NCBI GenBank assembly: GCA_017444665.1
Contig: JAFSWC010000066.1
Span: 530-64,529, forward strand
Length of the DNA stretch: 64,000 nucleotides
Direction: 5' to 3'
Source of the DNA: Oscillospiraceae bacterium
GTDB lineage: Bacteria > Bacillota > Clostridia > Oscillospirales > Oscillospiraceae
Position 1 is the stretch's first letter. Every line of letters begins with the position of its first letter. The notes under the pieces were generated by a model that worked only from the letters and a program-made list of their open reading frames with translations, did not search any database and had not been told where the DNA came from. Shown here one piece after another: positions 1 through 9,410 of the stretch. Both the position numbers and the translations under genes were made by a program.

Positions 1-209
1 CCGGCGTCAAACTGCCGGATCGCGGAGATCAGACCAAACATACCTTCCTGAATCAGATCTTCGCTCTCCCCTCCCGCAAGGAAAAAAGGCCGGGAACACG
101 CGCGTACAAGCTGCATATATCGTTCTACAAGGACTTCTTCAGCTTCCCGGTTTCCCGAAACGGCCATTTGCTGGAGTTGGAGATCCGTAAGTGCGGCAAA
201 ATCAATCAT
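1..209 (-). CDS. RNA polymerase sigma factor, SigH/Spo0H-like (5' part only; gene runs off the window start)
   Basis: Absent from the ORF track because its stop lies outside the window. Manual minus-strand translation from ATG 209 (alternative ATG 167) gives MIDFAALTDLQLQQMAVSGNREAEEVLVERYMQLVRACSRPFFLAGGESEDLIQEGMFGLISAIRQFDA. The DLIQEGMxGLxxAIxxFD block is sigma-70 region 2.1/2.2, and the pattern resembles SigH-type factors. No clear SD. Confidence 0.7.
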   Translation of the reverse strand, partial: MIDFAALTDLQLQQMAVSGNREAEEVLVERYMQLVRACSRPFFLAGGESEDLIQEGMFGLISAIRQFDA

Positions 210-245
210 ATTTTTTGTCTGTTCTATTATAACTATACAAATCGT

Positions 246-273
246 ATTATAGCGCAAGCTTTCTTTTTGTCAA
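246..273 (-). promoter_or_regulatory. sigma-A-type promoter for the SigH-like gene
   Basis: Minus strand reads TTGACA (273-268), a 16-nt spacer, then TATAAT (251-246), about 37 nt upstream of ATG 209. Confidence 0.5.
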
Positions 274-334
274 TATTTTTTTCGAATATTTCAAAAAACC
301 GAAAAGAAGGCTTCTTTCCCCTGGGGCGTGCTTT

Positions 335-1372
335 TTACATATCCATCTGCTGCTGGCCGAGATATTCAAGACCCAGGTGTTCGTACGCTTTTCGCGTGAC
401 GCAGCGTCCGCGCGGCGTGCGCGTAAGAAAGCCGCACTGCAGCAGATAGGGCTCGTAAACGTCTTCGATTGTAACAGCCTCTTCGTTGATCGTTGCAGCC
501 AGTGTTTCAAGGCCGACCGGTCCCCCGCCATAGAAATCGATGATGCTTTTCAGCATCCTGCGATCGATCGCGTCAAGGCCCAGCTTGTCTACCTCCAGGG
601 AAGAAAGCGCCCTGTCCGCGACCTCGCTTGTGATCACGCCGTCGGCGCATACCTGTGCATAGTCTCTTACACGGCGAAGCAGGCGGTTTGCAATACGCGG
701 CGTCCCTCTTGAGCGGGAAGCGATCTCAAGCGCGCCCGCCTCCTCGATCTCCACGCCAAGGATCCCGGCAGAACGCTTGACGATCCGCTTAAGCTCCTCC
801 GGGGAATACAGCTCAAGGCGCAGCGAAACGCCAAAACGGTCGCGAAGCGGCGCGGTAAGCTGGCCGGAGCGGGTCGTGGCGCCGATCAGCGTAAAGCGCG
901 GTAAATCCAGATGGATCGAGTTTGCAGACGGTCCTTTGCCCAGAATAATGTCGATGGCATAGTCCTCCATAGCGGGATAGAGGATCTCTTCATAGGCGCG
1001 ATTGAGGCGGTGAATCTCGTCAACAAAGAGGATGTCGCCCTCGTTCAAATTGGTCAGCATCGCAACCAGATCGCCCGGTTTTTCGATCGCGGGGCCCGAG
1101 GTAATGCGCATATTGACCCCCATCTCGTTGGCAATAACCGCAGCCAGCGTCGTCTTGCCAAGCCCCGGGGGGCCGTGCAGCAGGACGTGATCCAGCGGTT
1201 CGTTGCGGATTTTGGCCGCATGGATAAAGATCCGCAGATTTTCTTTTGCTTTTTCCTGGCCGATATATTCCTGTATCGTCCGCGGGCGAAGAGAGCCCTC
1301 GCCATTATCCTCGGGAAGGCTGGCGGCGGTGGTGATTTCCTCATTGATTTCGTCGGAAAAACTGATTCCCAT
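335..1372 (-). CDS. ruvB: Holliday junction branch migration ATPase RuvB
   Basis: 345-aa ORF with Walker [12 protein letters not shown], the FVDEIHRL sensor region and a winged-helix C-terminus. It sits in a ruvC-ruvA-ruvB arrangement. Confidence 0.97.
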   Translation of the reverse strand: MGISFSDEINEEITTAASLPEDNGEGSLRPRTIQEYIGQEKAKENLRIFIHAAKIRNEPLDHVLLHGPPGLGKTTLAAVIANEMGVNMRITSGPAIEKPGDLVAMLTNLNEGDILFVDEIHRLNRAYEEILYPAMEDYAIDIILGKGPSANSIHLDLPRFTLIGATTRSGQLTAPLRDRFGVSLRLELYSPEELKRIVKRSAGILGVEIEEAGALEIASRSRGTPRIANRLLRRVRDYAQVCADGVITSEVADRALSSLEVDKLGLDAIDRRMLKSIIDFYGGGPVGLETLAATINEEAVTIEDVYEPYLLQCGFLTRTPRGRCVTRKAYEHLGLEYLGQQQMDM

Positions 1373-1384
1373 ACTGTACTCCTG

Positions 1385-1984
1385 TTATTTGACCATCCGA
1401 CGCAGAACGGTCTTGATGATCTGCTCGGTGTTCATGCCGCTGATATCAATCGTTTTCAGCGTCTGTGCGATCTCGTTGGAATTATAGCCGAGCACCGTGA
1501 GCGCTGCAACAGCGTCTCCCACCGCACTGTTGTCGCTGACGGGAACGACTGCTGCGGCAAAGCTTTCTCCCTCTGCTGCGCTTTCTTTCCCGATCTTATC
1601 TTTCAGCTCAAGAATTACGCGCTGCGCGATCTTTTTGCCGATACCCGGCGCAACGGTCAGCGCCTTTTCATTGCCGCTGGAAACAGCAAGCGCAAGTCCC
1701 TCCGGCGTGTTGGCCGAAAGAATGGAGAGCGCCGCCTTCGGACCGATCCCGGATACCGAGATCAGCATTTCGAAAAAGTGCTTTTCGGTTTTGGAAGAAA
1801 AGCCGTAAAGATCAAAGGCGTCCTCTTTTACCACTTCGGACACATAGAGCTTGCTGCGCCCGCCCCTGGAAAGATAAGAAATCGTATTGGCCGTGGCATT
1901 GAGCGCATATCCCACGCCGGAACAGTCAAGAACGACCAGATTCGGCTCGATTTCGGCAACCGTACCTTCTATATAGTAGAACAA
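1385..1984 (-). CDS. ruvA: Holliday junction DNA-binding protein RuvA
   Basis: 199-aa ORF with the typical MFYYIEG start and HhH motifs (GIGPKAAL, PGIGKKIAQR). It lies directly upstream of ruvB. Confidence 0.95.
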   Translation of the reverse strand: MFYYIEGTVAEIEPNLVVLDCSGVGYALNATANTISYLSRGGRSKLYVSEVVKEDAFDLYGFSSKTEKHFFEMLISVSGIGPKAALSILSANTPEGLALAVSSGNEKALTVAPGIGKKIAQRVILELKDKIGKESAAEGESFAAAVVPVSDNSAVGDAVAALTVLGYNSNEIAQTLKTIDISGMNTEQIIKTVLRRMVK

Positions 1985-2481
1985 TCGTCCCTCTCCTCCT
2001 TATATAAAAGCGACGTGGAGCTTCTGGCGTGACACAGCGCAAGCGCGACCGCATCTGCCGCATCGTCCGGCTTTGGCGGAGCAGGAAGCGCGCAGATCCG
2101 CCTGACCATCTCCATGACCTGTTTTTTCTCGGCGCGGCCGTAGCCGACGACAGCCTGTTTGACCTGCAGCGGCGTATACTCATAAATCTTCAGCCCGGCG
2201 TTTTCACAGGCAAGCAGGATCACGCCTCTGCCGTGTGCCACCGCAATGCCGGTCGTAATATTCGTATTGAAGAACAGTTCTTCGATCGAAACAGCGTCCG
2301 GCTTGAACAGGTCGATCAGCTGCATCATATCCGTATAGATCTGTTCAAGACGGGAAGCAAGGCTGGTATGCGCGGGCGTAGTGATAACGCCGCACTGAAC
2401 AAGCCGGTTTTTCCCATTTTCGCTGTCAACGACGCCGAAGCCGATCGTTGCGATGCCGGGGTCGATCCCTAAAATCCGCAT
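1969..2481 (-). CDS. ruvC: crossover junction endodeoxyribonuclease RuvC
   Basis: The ORF track gives 1969-2532. I place the start at the internal Met of MRILGIDPG (catalytic Asp motif), 17 codons downstream. Overlaps the ruvA start by 16 nt. Confidence 0.9.
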   Translation of the reverse strand: MRILGIDPGIATIGFGVVDSENGKNRLVQCGVITTPAHTSLASRLEQIYTDMMQLIDLFKPDAVSIEELFFNTNITTGIAVAHGRGVILLACENAGLKIYEYTPLQVKQAVVGYGRAEKKQVMEMVRRICALPAPPKPDDAADAVALALCHARSSTSLLYKEERDDCSTI

Positions 2482-2530
2482 TCTATCACATCCTTTTATT
2501 ATTTTAACACAGAAAAGAATGGAGTTCAAC

Positions 2531-2567
2531 ACGAAAAAGTCCCCGCGTCATGGCTTGACGCGGGGAC
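2531..2567 (-). terminator. rho-independent terminator after xerD
   Basis: 12-bp GC-rich stem GTCCCCGCGTCA / TGACGCGGGGAC (2539-2550 and 2556-2567) followed on the minus strand by TTTTT. Confidence 0.8.
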
Positions 2568-2581
2568 GGAACAGTTATGCA

Positions 2582-3472
2582 TTATGCGCGCGGATGCGCC
2601 TTGTTATAGACGTCCTTCAGCTGCTTTTTGACAAGCTGGGAATAAATCTGCGTCGAGGAGATATCTGCATGGCCGAGCATTTCCTGGATCGCGTGGATAT
2701 CGGCGCCGTTTTCCAGCAGATGAGCCGCAAAGGAATGGCGCAGCGTGTGAGGTGTGATATCCTTGTCGATGTGGGCCTTCTTCTGATAGTATTTCATGAT
2801 CTTCCAGAAGCCCTGGCGCGACATACGCTCGCCGGAAACGTTGACAAACAGCGACTCCTCATCCGGAAGGGCAATCATCTGCGGCCGGACAAGATTGATA
2901 TAATCCTCAAGAGCCTTGACCGCTTTGGGATACATGGGAATAAAGCGCTCTTTGTCACGGCTGCGGCATCTGACAACGCCGGCGGAAAGATTGACGTCGT
3001 TGATGTTCAAATCGATCAGTTCTGTAACGCGGATGCCGGTCGCATACAAGAGCTCCAGCATGGCTTTGTCGCGATAGCCCTTTGCATCTGTGCACTGCGG
3101 CTGCTCAAGCAGCAGGTCCACTTCCCTGCTTGTCAGGATCTGCGGCAGCTTATGCTCGCCTTTATCGGGGACTAGCTTCGTTGCCGGGTTTTCGCTGATC
3201 ATCTGACGAAGCGACAGAAACGAATACAGGCATTTGATCGATGCAATGCATCGGGAAACCGTTGCAACCGACTTCCCGTTGCTTTTCAGCCAGGCGATAT
3301 ACTCGGCCAGTTCTTCTTCGTTGGCCGAAACGATCTCCTTATCGTGGTGGATTTCCAGGAAGTCGCCGAGCTGTCTGATATCTCGTAAATAGGAGCTGAG
3401 GGTGTTTGCCGATGATTTCTTTTCATTTGTCAGATACTGCGTAAACACTTCGATGCACGCGCTGTTGTTCAA
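2582..3472 (-). CDS. xerD: site-specific tyrosine recombinase, XerD/XerC type
   Basis: 296 aa. N-terminal SAM-like core-binding domain, then catalytic residues in ATGIRVTEL, HTLRHSFA and GHADISSTQIY. Confidence 0.88.
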   Translation of the reverse strand: MNNSACIEVFTQYLTNEKKSSANTLSSYLRDIRQLGDFLEIHHDKEIVSANEEELAEYIAWLKSNGKSVATVSRCIASIKCLYSFLSLRQMISENPATKLVPDKGEHKLPQILTSREVDLLLEQPQCTDAKGYRDKAMLELLYATGIRVTELIDLNINDVNLSAGVVRCRSRDKERFIPMYPKAVKALEDYINLVRPQMIALPDEESLFVNVSGERMSRQGFWKIMKYYQKKAHIDKDITPHTLRHSFAAHLLENGADIHAIQEMLGHADISSTQIYSQLVKKQLKDVYNKAHPRA

Positions 3473-3723
3473 CCGGACACCCTCCTTTCCTCTTTATATT
3501 TCCGTCATAACGGAACGATTAACATAACTACATCGCAGGAACAATATATTACAAAATCGAAAAATAATCAAGTCCTTTTTTCTCAGAAATCGGTCTTTTA
3601 TGTCAACTTTGAAACTTTTTGTTTTCTTGATGCAATATTTTGTGGCGGTATTTTTCTTCCTCTCAAGATATAGGTTTCTGTTTTTCCGACAAAACAAAGT
3701 GGTAAATAAAAAGATGCATTATG

Positions 3724-4152
3724 TCAAGCTTTTCTTCTTGTCACTCTTCTCTTTCTTCTGCCCTTTGCAAACAGTACGGCGCCGAGCAGGCTTCCCGCGA
3801 CCGTAAAGCTGCTCGTACTGAGCACGGCGCTTCCGTTCAGTCTTCCTCCCGCCATGAAGCCGATCAAAAGCAGCGCTCCCGTCAACAGGATCCCCGCGCC
3901 GAGACCGATCGCAAAAGCGCCCTTCCCCTTTCCTCTTCCCGCTGCGGCCCCAAAGGCAGCGGCGGCCAGAAAGCTGATGATCGAACTGGCGTATCCCATT
4001 GTGGAAAGATTGGTCCCTTCTGCGGCGTACAAAACCGATGCACAGGCAAGCAGCGCGAATGCGCAGACGGCCCATGCAATGAGTGCGCGGATCAAAACAT
4101 AAAAATCGATCCGCTTCTTTTCCCGTTCAGACAAAAAAACACCCCCCGCCAC
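3724..4152 (-). CDS. small integral membrane protein (possibly TIGR04086-like)
   Basis: 142 aa with 3-4 Gly/Ala-rich hydrophobic helices and a basic C-terminal tail. Lies immediately upstream of yajC-tgt-queA. The family assignment is tentative. Confidence 0.6.
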   Translation of the reverse strand: MAGGVFLSEREKKRIDFYVLIRALIAWAVCAFALLACASVLYAAEGTNLSTMGYASSIISFLAAAAFGAAAGRGKGKGAFAIGLGAGILLTGALLLIGFMAGGRLNGSAVLSTSSFTVAGSLLGAVLFAKGRRKRRVTRRKA

Positions 4153-4201
4153 TATGTCAGTAAATCATATTGGCAGGGGTGCTGTTTCATGCGGCCGAAA
4201 A

Positions 4202-4528
4202 TTATTTCTTTTTGGCCTCTTCCGCTTCCATCTTCGCCGTGGTGGAAATGGCCCATTTCTTGGTCTGGATGCGGACTCTGTCCTCGCCGGTCTCGAAGGT
4301 GATGGTGTCGTCGGTGATCTGAACGATCTTGCCGATCATGCCGCCGATTGTGATGATCTCATCACCGAGAGACAGAGAATTTCTCATCTCCTCGGTCTTT
4401 TTCTTTTTCTTGTTTTCCGGACGGATCACAAAGAAATAGAAGACCGCGAACATGATAACGATCATGAGCAGCATGGAATAACCGCCGGGGTTACCAGTCG
4501 CTGCAGCAGCTTCAAGGAATAAAGTCAT
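4202..4528 (-). CDS. yajC: preprotein translocase subunit YajC
   Basis: 108 aa with a single N-terminal TM segment followed by IRPENKKKKK...GDEIITIGGMIGKI, the typical YajC signature. Neighbours tgt and queA. Confidence 0.9.
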   Translation of the reverse strand: MTLFLEAAAATGNPGGYSMLLMIVIMFAVFYFFVIRPENKKKKKTEEMRNSLSLGDEIITIGGMIGKIVQITDDTITFETGEDRVRIQTKKWAISTTAKMEAEEAKKK

Positions 4529-4593
4529 ATAGAGCGTACCTCCAATTCAAACTGCGACTATTATACATAGTTTGTCTCGTGATTTCAAGATAA

Positions 4594-5730
4594 TTAAATG
4601 CGAATGTCCAGTTTTTGCGAAAATTCCCGCCGGAATGTGTCAAAGCTTTCCGAATCAAGACTCTCCCGGATCCTGGCGGCCAGATCGTTGTAGAAATACA
4701 GATTGTGCGCAACGGCAAGGCGCATGGCCAGCATTTCCTCCGCCTTAAAAAGATGGCGGATATACGCTCGCGAATACCGCCTGCAAACCGGGCAGCCGCA
4801 GCTTTCATCGATTGGTCCGTCGTCATGCTCATACTTCTGGTTTTTGATGTTGATGATGCCGTCCCAGGTAAAGAGATGACCGTGGCGCCCGTTTCGCGCC
4901 GGCATGACGCAGTCAAAGAAATCCACGCCTCTTGCAACGCCCTCAATAATGTTTCCGGGCGTACCGACGCCCATCAGATAGCGCGGCTTGTCCTTCGGCA
5001 TGTATTCTTCGACCGCCTCAATCGTGTCGTACATTTCCTGATGGGTCTCCCCGACAGCCAGTCCGCCAATGGCGTAGCCGGGCAGGTCCAGCTCTGCGAT
5101 CCGCTTCATATGCTCGATCCGAAGATCGTGAAAAACGGCGCCCTGGTTGATGCCAAACAGCATCTGGCCGGGGTTGACGGCGTCCTCTTCCCGGTTATAT
5201 TCCGTCAGAGCGGTTTTGCAGCGTTCCAGCCATCTTGCCGTTCGCTCGCACGAGCGCTGGACATATTCCTTCGGCGAGGGGATCTTCACGCACTCGTCAA
5301 AAGCCATCGCGATATCCGACCCGAGGTTGGACTGGATGCGCATGCTCTCCTCCGGTCCCATAAAAATATGACGACCGTCGACGTGTGAATTGAAATAGAC
5401 GCCTTCCTCCTTGATTTTTCTAAGTGAAGCAAGAGAAAAGATCTGAAATCCGCCGCTGTCTGTCAGGATCGGGCCATCCCACGTCATAAATTTATGAAGC
5501 CCGCCAAGCTCCCGGATCAGCCGGTCGCCCGGTCTGACATGAAGATGATAGGTATTCGACAGTTCGACCTGGCAGCCGATCTCCTTCAAATCCCGGGCCG
5601 AAAGCGCGCCTTTGATCGCGCCCTGCGTTCCGACGTTCATAAAGACGGGCGTCTGCACCGTGCCGTGCGGCGTTTGAAATTCTCCGCGCCGGGCATGCCC
5701 GCTTTGCTTGATCAGGTTATACAAGCTCAT
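4594..5730 (-). CDS. tgt: tRNA-guanine transglycosylase (queuine tRNA-ribosyltransferase)
   Basis: The ORF track extends to 5898. I start at MSLYNL (ATG 5730), which forms an ATGA overlap with the queA stop. Motifs: [17 protein letters not shown], and the zinc site [17 protein letters not shown]. Confidence 0.95.
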   Translation of the reverse strand: MSLYNLIKQSGHARRGEFQTPHGTVQTPVFMNVGTQGAIKGALSARDLKEIGCQVELSNTYHLHVRPGDRLIRELGGLHKFMTWDGPILTDSGGFQIFSLASLRKIKEEGVYFNSHVDGRHIFMGPEESMRIQSNLGSDIAMAFDECVKIPSPKEYVQRSCERTARWLERCKTALTEYNREEDAVNPGQMLFGINQGAVFHDLRIEHMKRIAELDLPGYAIGGLAVGETHQEMYDTIEAVEEYMPKDKPRYLMGVGTPGNIIEGVARGVDFFDCVMPARNGRHGHLFTWDGIINIKNQKYEHDDGPIDESCGCPVCRRYSRAYIRHLFKAEEMLAMRLAVAHNLYFYNDLAARIRESLDSESFDTFRREFSQKLDIRI

Positions 5731-6758
5731 TCTCCTCCGTGAATAAACATCGCATCGCCAAACGAAAAGAAACGGTATTGCTCTTCCACAGCGATCTGAT
5801 AGGCGTTTAGAACATGCTCTCTTCCGGCAAGCGCCGACACCAGCATAATCAGCGTGCTCTCCGGCAGATGAAAATTGGTGATCAGCGCGTCGATGCACTT
5901 GAAGCGGTATCCCGGATAGATAAAAATATCCGTCCAGCCGCTGGTGGCGGGAAGTGTTCCGTCCTCATGCGCAAAACTTTCCAGCGTGCGGCAGGATGTC
6001 GTGCCGACAGCGATCACTCTGCCGCCGTTTCTCTTTGTTTCGCTGACGATCCGCGCCGTCTCGTCCGGGACAATGCAAAACTCGGAGTGCATCGTGTGGT
6101 CCTCGATATCGTCCTCCTTGACGGGACGGAACGTGCCAAGTCCGACGTGGAGCGTGACGTAGCAGAGCTTGACCCCTTTGGCCGCGATCGTTTCAAGCAG
6201 TTCTTTTGTAAAATGCAGCCCGGCAGTCGGCGCCGCAGCACTGCCAAGTTCGCGCGAATATACGGTCTGATACCGCTCGGCGTCCTTCAGTTCCGCTTTG
6301 ATATAGGGCGGCAGCGGCATTTTTCCAAGCCGCTCAAGTACCTCCAGAAAGATCCCGTCGTAATGGAACTGGACGATGCGGTTTCCCCCTTCAGCGACGT
6401 CAAGGACGGTGGCGCGCAGTTCGCCCTCGCCGAAGGAAAGCTCTGTTCCCGGCTTTGTTTTACGGCCTGGGCGGCTGAGACACTCCCACTTTCCTTCTCC
6501 GAGATCCCGAAGAAGGACAAGCTCGACGCCGCCTCCGCTGCTTCTGCTGCCGAGAAGGCGCGCCGGCAAAACCCGTGAATCGTTCATGACCAGGCAGTCG
6601 CCCTCGTGCAAAAAGGAAGGAAGTTCAAAGAAATGGCGATGTTCGATCGCTCCGGTGTCTTTATCAAGCAGCAGCAGCCGCGAGGAATCTCGTTTCTCAA
6701 GCGGCGTCTGCGCGATCAGTTCCTCCGGAAGATCAAAATAGAAATCGGATTTTTTCAT
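5727..6758 (-). CDS. queA: S-adenosylmethionine:tRNA ribosyltransferase-isomerase QueA
   Basis: 343 aa. [29 protein letters not shown] is the canonical QueA N-terminus. C-terminus reads [12 protein letters not shown]. Confidence 0.95.
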   Translation of the reverse strand: MKKSDFYFDLPEELIAQTPLEKRDSSRLLLLDKDTGAIEHRHFFELPSFLHEGDCLVMNDSRVLPARLLGSRSSGGGVELVLLRDLGEGKWECLSRPGRKTKPGTELSFGEGELRATVLDVAEGGNRIVQFHYDGIFLEVLERLGKMPLPPYIKAELKDAERYQTVYSRELGSAAAPTAGLHFTKELLETIAAKGVKLCYVTLHVGLGTFRPVKEDDIEDHTMHSEFCIVPDETARIVSETKRNGGRVIAVGTTSCRTLESFAHEDGTLPATSGWTDIFIYPGYRFKCIDALITNFHLPESTLIMLVSALAGREHVLNAYQIAVEEQYRFFSFGDAMFIHGGE

Positions 6759-6863
6759 TCAAATGTATTCTCCGTACGGATTATCAGTTGCTTTGCCATT
6801 ATAGCAAAGCCTTTTCGTATTTTCAATCGCGACAGATCATAATTCGCAGGATTCTGGAATAAG

Positions 6864-7784
6864 ATGTGCCGACATGAGATCGATGGGAGGATGATCGCTT
6901 TGAAAGATCCGTTGTTCAAGGGCTCATGCACAGCACTGATCACACCGTTCAATGAGAGCGGGATCGACTATGAGCGCTTGAAAAAGAATATTGATTATCA
7001 GTATGAAGGCGGCACAAGCGCGATCGTGATCTGCGGCACGACGGGCGAGAACGCAGTCCAAACGCAGGAAGAACACGATGAGCTTGTCAGGGTCGCCGTA
7101 AATCACACTGCCGGCCGCATGAAAGTGATCGCGGGGATCGGCAGCAACAACACGCAAAAAGCGCTTCGAAACGCGCAGAATGCAAAAGCCGTCGGCGCGG
7201 ACGGCGTTTTGATGGTGACGCCGTATTACAACAAATCCACGCAGAAGGGGTTGGTCGAACATTTCACCTATGTGGCCGACCGGGTGGATATCCCCATGAT
7301 CCTGTATAACGTACCAAGCCGCACCGGGATCGGGATAGCGGCGGAAACATACCGTGCGCTCTCCGAACATCCCCATATCAACGGCGTAAAGGAAGCCTCG
7401 GGCGACTTTACGCTCATCGGCAAGACCCTGGCTCTTTGCGGAAATGAGCTGAACATCTGGAGCGGGAACGACGACAATACCGTTCCGATGATGGCAATGG
7501 GGGCGTTGGGCGTGATCTCTGTGGCAAGCAATCTTCTCCCGCCTGTCGTGGCAAAGTTGTGTGAGCTATGCCTGTCCGGCGATTACTCCGCTGCCTCCGC
7601 ACTGTATCAGAAATATGCGGCGCTCTTTTCCGTCCTGTTCATTGAAACCAACCCGATCCCGATCAAAACAGCCATGCGGCTATGCGGTCAGGACAGCGGA
7701 AAAATGCGTCTGCCGCTGACGGATATGAGCGAGGAGCACCTCACGCATCTTCAGGCAAAATTGCGGGAAGTTAATCTGCTGTAA
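6864..7784 (+). CDS. dapA: 4-hydroxy-tetrahydrodipicolinate synthase
   Basis: Motifs FKGSCTALITPF, GTTGE and the YNVPSRTG region with the Schiff-base Lys context GVKEASGD. The start is uncertain: ATG 6864, or ATG 6891 (MIALKDP). Confidence 0.92.
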   Translation: MCRHEIDGRMIALKDPLFKGSCTALITPFNESGIDYERLKKNIDYQYEGGTSAIVICGTTGENAVQTQEEHDELVRVAVNHTAGRMKVIAGIGSNNTQKALRNAQNAKAVGADGVLMVTPYYNKSTQKGLVEHFTYVADRVDIPMILYNVPSRTGIGIAAETYRALSEHPHINGVKEASGDFTLIGKTLALCGNELNIWSGNDDNTVPMMAMGALGVISVASNLLPPVVAKLCELCLSGDYSAASALYQKYAALFSVLFIETNPIPIKTAMRLCGQDSGKMRLPLTDMSEEHLTHLQAKLREVNLL

Positions 7785-7785
7785 C

Positions 7786-7821
7786 AAAAAGCGCGCTTCA
7801 AATCTGAAGCGCGCTTGCTTT
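7786..7821. terminator. bidirectional terminator hairpin between dapA and the PPTase gene
   Basis: AGCGCGCTTCA (7790-7800), loop AATC, TGAAGCGCGCT (7805-7815). It is flanked by an A-run upstream and T-rich sequence downstream. Confidence 0.7.
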
Positions 7822-8421
7822 AACCTGTATCAGCGTGATCGAATCGGGATAGACCTCCTCACCGTACGCTGCCATCACATAGCGGCCGATCCTGTTCTGC
7901 CACAGGTGCTCTGCGGTTTCTGCATCCAGAACGGAAAAGGATCGGAACGGGACCGTCAGCCCGCGTCCCGAAGCCTTGGCAACACTTTCTTTCTTTGCCC
8001 AGATCGCGGTAAAGGCCTCGTCTTTGTCCTCAGCTGCATAAACGCATTCTCGCTCATCCTGCGTATAGGAACGCTCCATCAAGGCTTTGTTCATCGGACG
8101 GATCAGCTGAACGTCAACGCCGCATTCTCTGTCTCCCACCGCACACAATACCGCATTCCCCGAGTGCGAAAGGCTGAACCGGCACTCCCCTGTTTTTAAG
8201 TACGGTTTACCGTATTCTCCCTTTTCAATGGAGAGCGGTTCTGCAACAGGAAAGCCGCAATCCAGCATCGCATAGCGCAGCAGCAGCTCCGCGCAGAGGG
8301 AAAGCCGCCTCGCTTGTTGGTCCTTCAAGCGCAGCAGCTTTTCCGCCCGATAGAAAGACAGTTTTTCCACCGGCACGTTCGGCAAATCTTCGTCCGTAAA
8401 CGATAAATACAGCTTCAGCAT
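7798..8421 (-). CDS. 4'-phosphopantetheinyl transferase, Sfp type
   Basis: 207 aa. FSLSHSGNAVLCAV...GVDVQ and WAKKESVAKASGRGL match the PPTase P2/P3 motifs. The start overlaps the stop of the upstream HD gene. Confidence 0.85.
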   Translation of the reverse strand: MLKLYLSFTDEDLPNVPVEKLSFYRAEKLLRLKDQQARRLSLCAELLLRYAMLDCGFPVAEPLSIEKGEYGKPYLKTGECRFSLSHSGNAVLCAVGDRECGVDVQLIRPMNKALMERSYTQDERECVYAAEDKDEAFTAIWAKKESVAKASGRGLTVPFRSFSVLDAETAEHLWQNRIGRYVMAAYGEEVYPDSITLIQVKASALQI

Positions 8422-8963
8422 TCCGCCCGCATGGCCCGGATCGTTTTGCCGATCAGTTCATTAAGCTCCATCCCCAGCATTTCCGCACCCCTCAGGATCA
8501 CGTCGCGCGAGCAGCCTGCGGCAAACTTTTTGTCCTTAAATTTCTTCATGACGGACTTCGGCTCCATATCCGAAAGCCCGGTCGGACGCATCAGCGCAGC
8601 GGCGCCGATCAGTCCGGTCAGTTCGTCGGTTGCGAAAAGGACCTTCTCCATATACTTGGTCGGCTCGACGTCATAGCAGATTCCGTAACCGTGACTGACA
8701 ACGGCGTGAATGAGATCCTCGTCAAGATCAAGCTCGTGGAGAAGCTCGTCCGCCTTGGCGCAGTGCTGCTCCGGCCAGCGTTCAAAATCGATATCGTGCA
8801 GCATACCGACGCTGCGCCAGAAGTCAACGTTTTCGCTGTCGTATTCTCTGGCGAATTCGCCCATAACTTTAGATACCGTTTCGGCGTGCTGGATATGAAA
8901 AGGCTCTTTGTTGTACTGCATCAAAAGTTCTTTTGCCTGTTCGGGCGTGGGGATCGTACTCAT
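8415..8963 (-). CDS. HD-domain (HDIG-like) phosphohydrolase
   Basis: Start set at ATG 8963, preceded by AAGGAGG. The HD signature is in MLHDIDFERWPEQH and AVVSHGYG. Confidence 0.8.
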   Translation of the reverse strand: MSTIPTPEQAKELLMQYNKEPFHIQHAETVSKVMGEFAREYDSENVDFWRSVGMLHDIDFERWPEQHCAKADELLHELDLDEDLIHAVVSHGYGICYDVEPTKYMEKVLFATDELTGLIGAAALMRPTGLSDMEPKSVMKKFKDKKFAAGCSRDVILRGAEMLGMELNELIGKTIRAMRAEC

Positions 8964-9030
8964 TTTTACGGCCTCCTTGTTATTTTTTTGTATGATACTC
9001 CAAGAAAGGTCGCTTTTCAATAGAATTAAT

Positions 9031-9060
9031 AAAAAATCGGGCCTTTCGGCCCGATTTTTT
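9031..9060. terminator. bidirectional terminator
   Basis: AAAAAATCGGGCC TTTC GGCCCGATTTTTT, lying between the convergent ends of the two neighbouring minus-strand units. Confidence 0.7.
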
Positions 9061-9310
9061 ATTTCCCTGTTTCCGTTTCCGTCTCCCCGTTGGGAGCAGG
9101 CGTTGTGTCTGCTGTGCCGCCGTTGTTCATCTGCGTGTCTGCCGGTCTCTCTGTGGGGCGCGGCGTGGTCGTGATAAAAGGGCTTTGAACTGGCTCGCGT
9201 GTTTCATGCGGTGTTTCCTCAATAAAGCCGTCACGCGCCATTCCGCAGCCGCTAAGAAGCAGCGACAACATAACCGCAGCAAGGCAAAATTTGATTTTCT
9301 TCATGGTCAA
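9059..9310 (-). CDS. small secreted lipoprotein, Pro/Thr-rich
   Basis: 83 aa with signal peptide MKKIKFCLAAVMLSLLLSGC (lipobox LSGC), followed by a low-complexity T/P/E tail. Confidence 0.7.
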   Translation of the reverse strand: MTMKKIKFCLAAVMLSLLLSGCGMARDGFIEETPHETREPVQSPFITTTPRPTERPADTQMNNGGTADTTPAPNGETETETGK

Positions 9311-9375
9311 CCCTCCTCATGCTGTATTAGTATCTGAGCAAGCATCAAAATTATACGTTATTTTTCGTGTTTGAA

Positions 9376-9404
9376 TTGTAAAAAGGGAAAAATAATGCTA
9401 AGAT
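9376..9404 (+). promoter_or_regulatory. candidate promoter abutting the rlmD start codon
   Basis: TTGTAA (9376-9381), a 17-nt spacer, TAAGAT (9399-9404). ATG 9411 lies 7 nt after the -10 and there is no SD. Confidence 0.35.
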
Positions 9405-9410
9405 TTCCCC

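Noticed and set aside
2582-3472. Tyrosine recombinase, considered as the integrase of a mobile element
   Set aside because: Its domain layout and its position among ruvCAB, yajC, tgt and queA housekeeping genes fit chromosomal XerD/XerC. There is no adjacent tRNA, no att-like repeats, no compositional shift and no cargo genes.
3500-3515. Palindrome TTCCGT-CATA-ACGGAA upstream of xerD, which shares the TTCCGT half-site with the telA-promoter repeats
   Set aside because: The arms are only 6 bp and there is a single occurrence. A chance match is quite plausible, and this is not enough to propose a common regulator.
3494-3697. 67-aa basic ORF in the AT-rich xerD upstream region
   Set aside because: It is lysine/arginine-rich low-complexity translation of AT-rich intergenic DNA, with no SD and no motif.
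5731-5898. Upstream in-frame extensions of several ORF-track entries: tgt, ruvC 2482-2532, comEC 34160-34312, holA 31903-31998, U32 38717-38791, mltG 40047-40184, pcrA 48242-48283, spoIIAB, spoIIAA, rnj, and the HD gene
   Set aside because: The extensions are Arg/Cys-rich or otherwise unlike the protein families. They overlap upstream genes or promoters, and internal Met codons with SD sequences give canonical N-termini.
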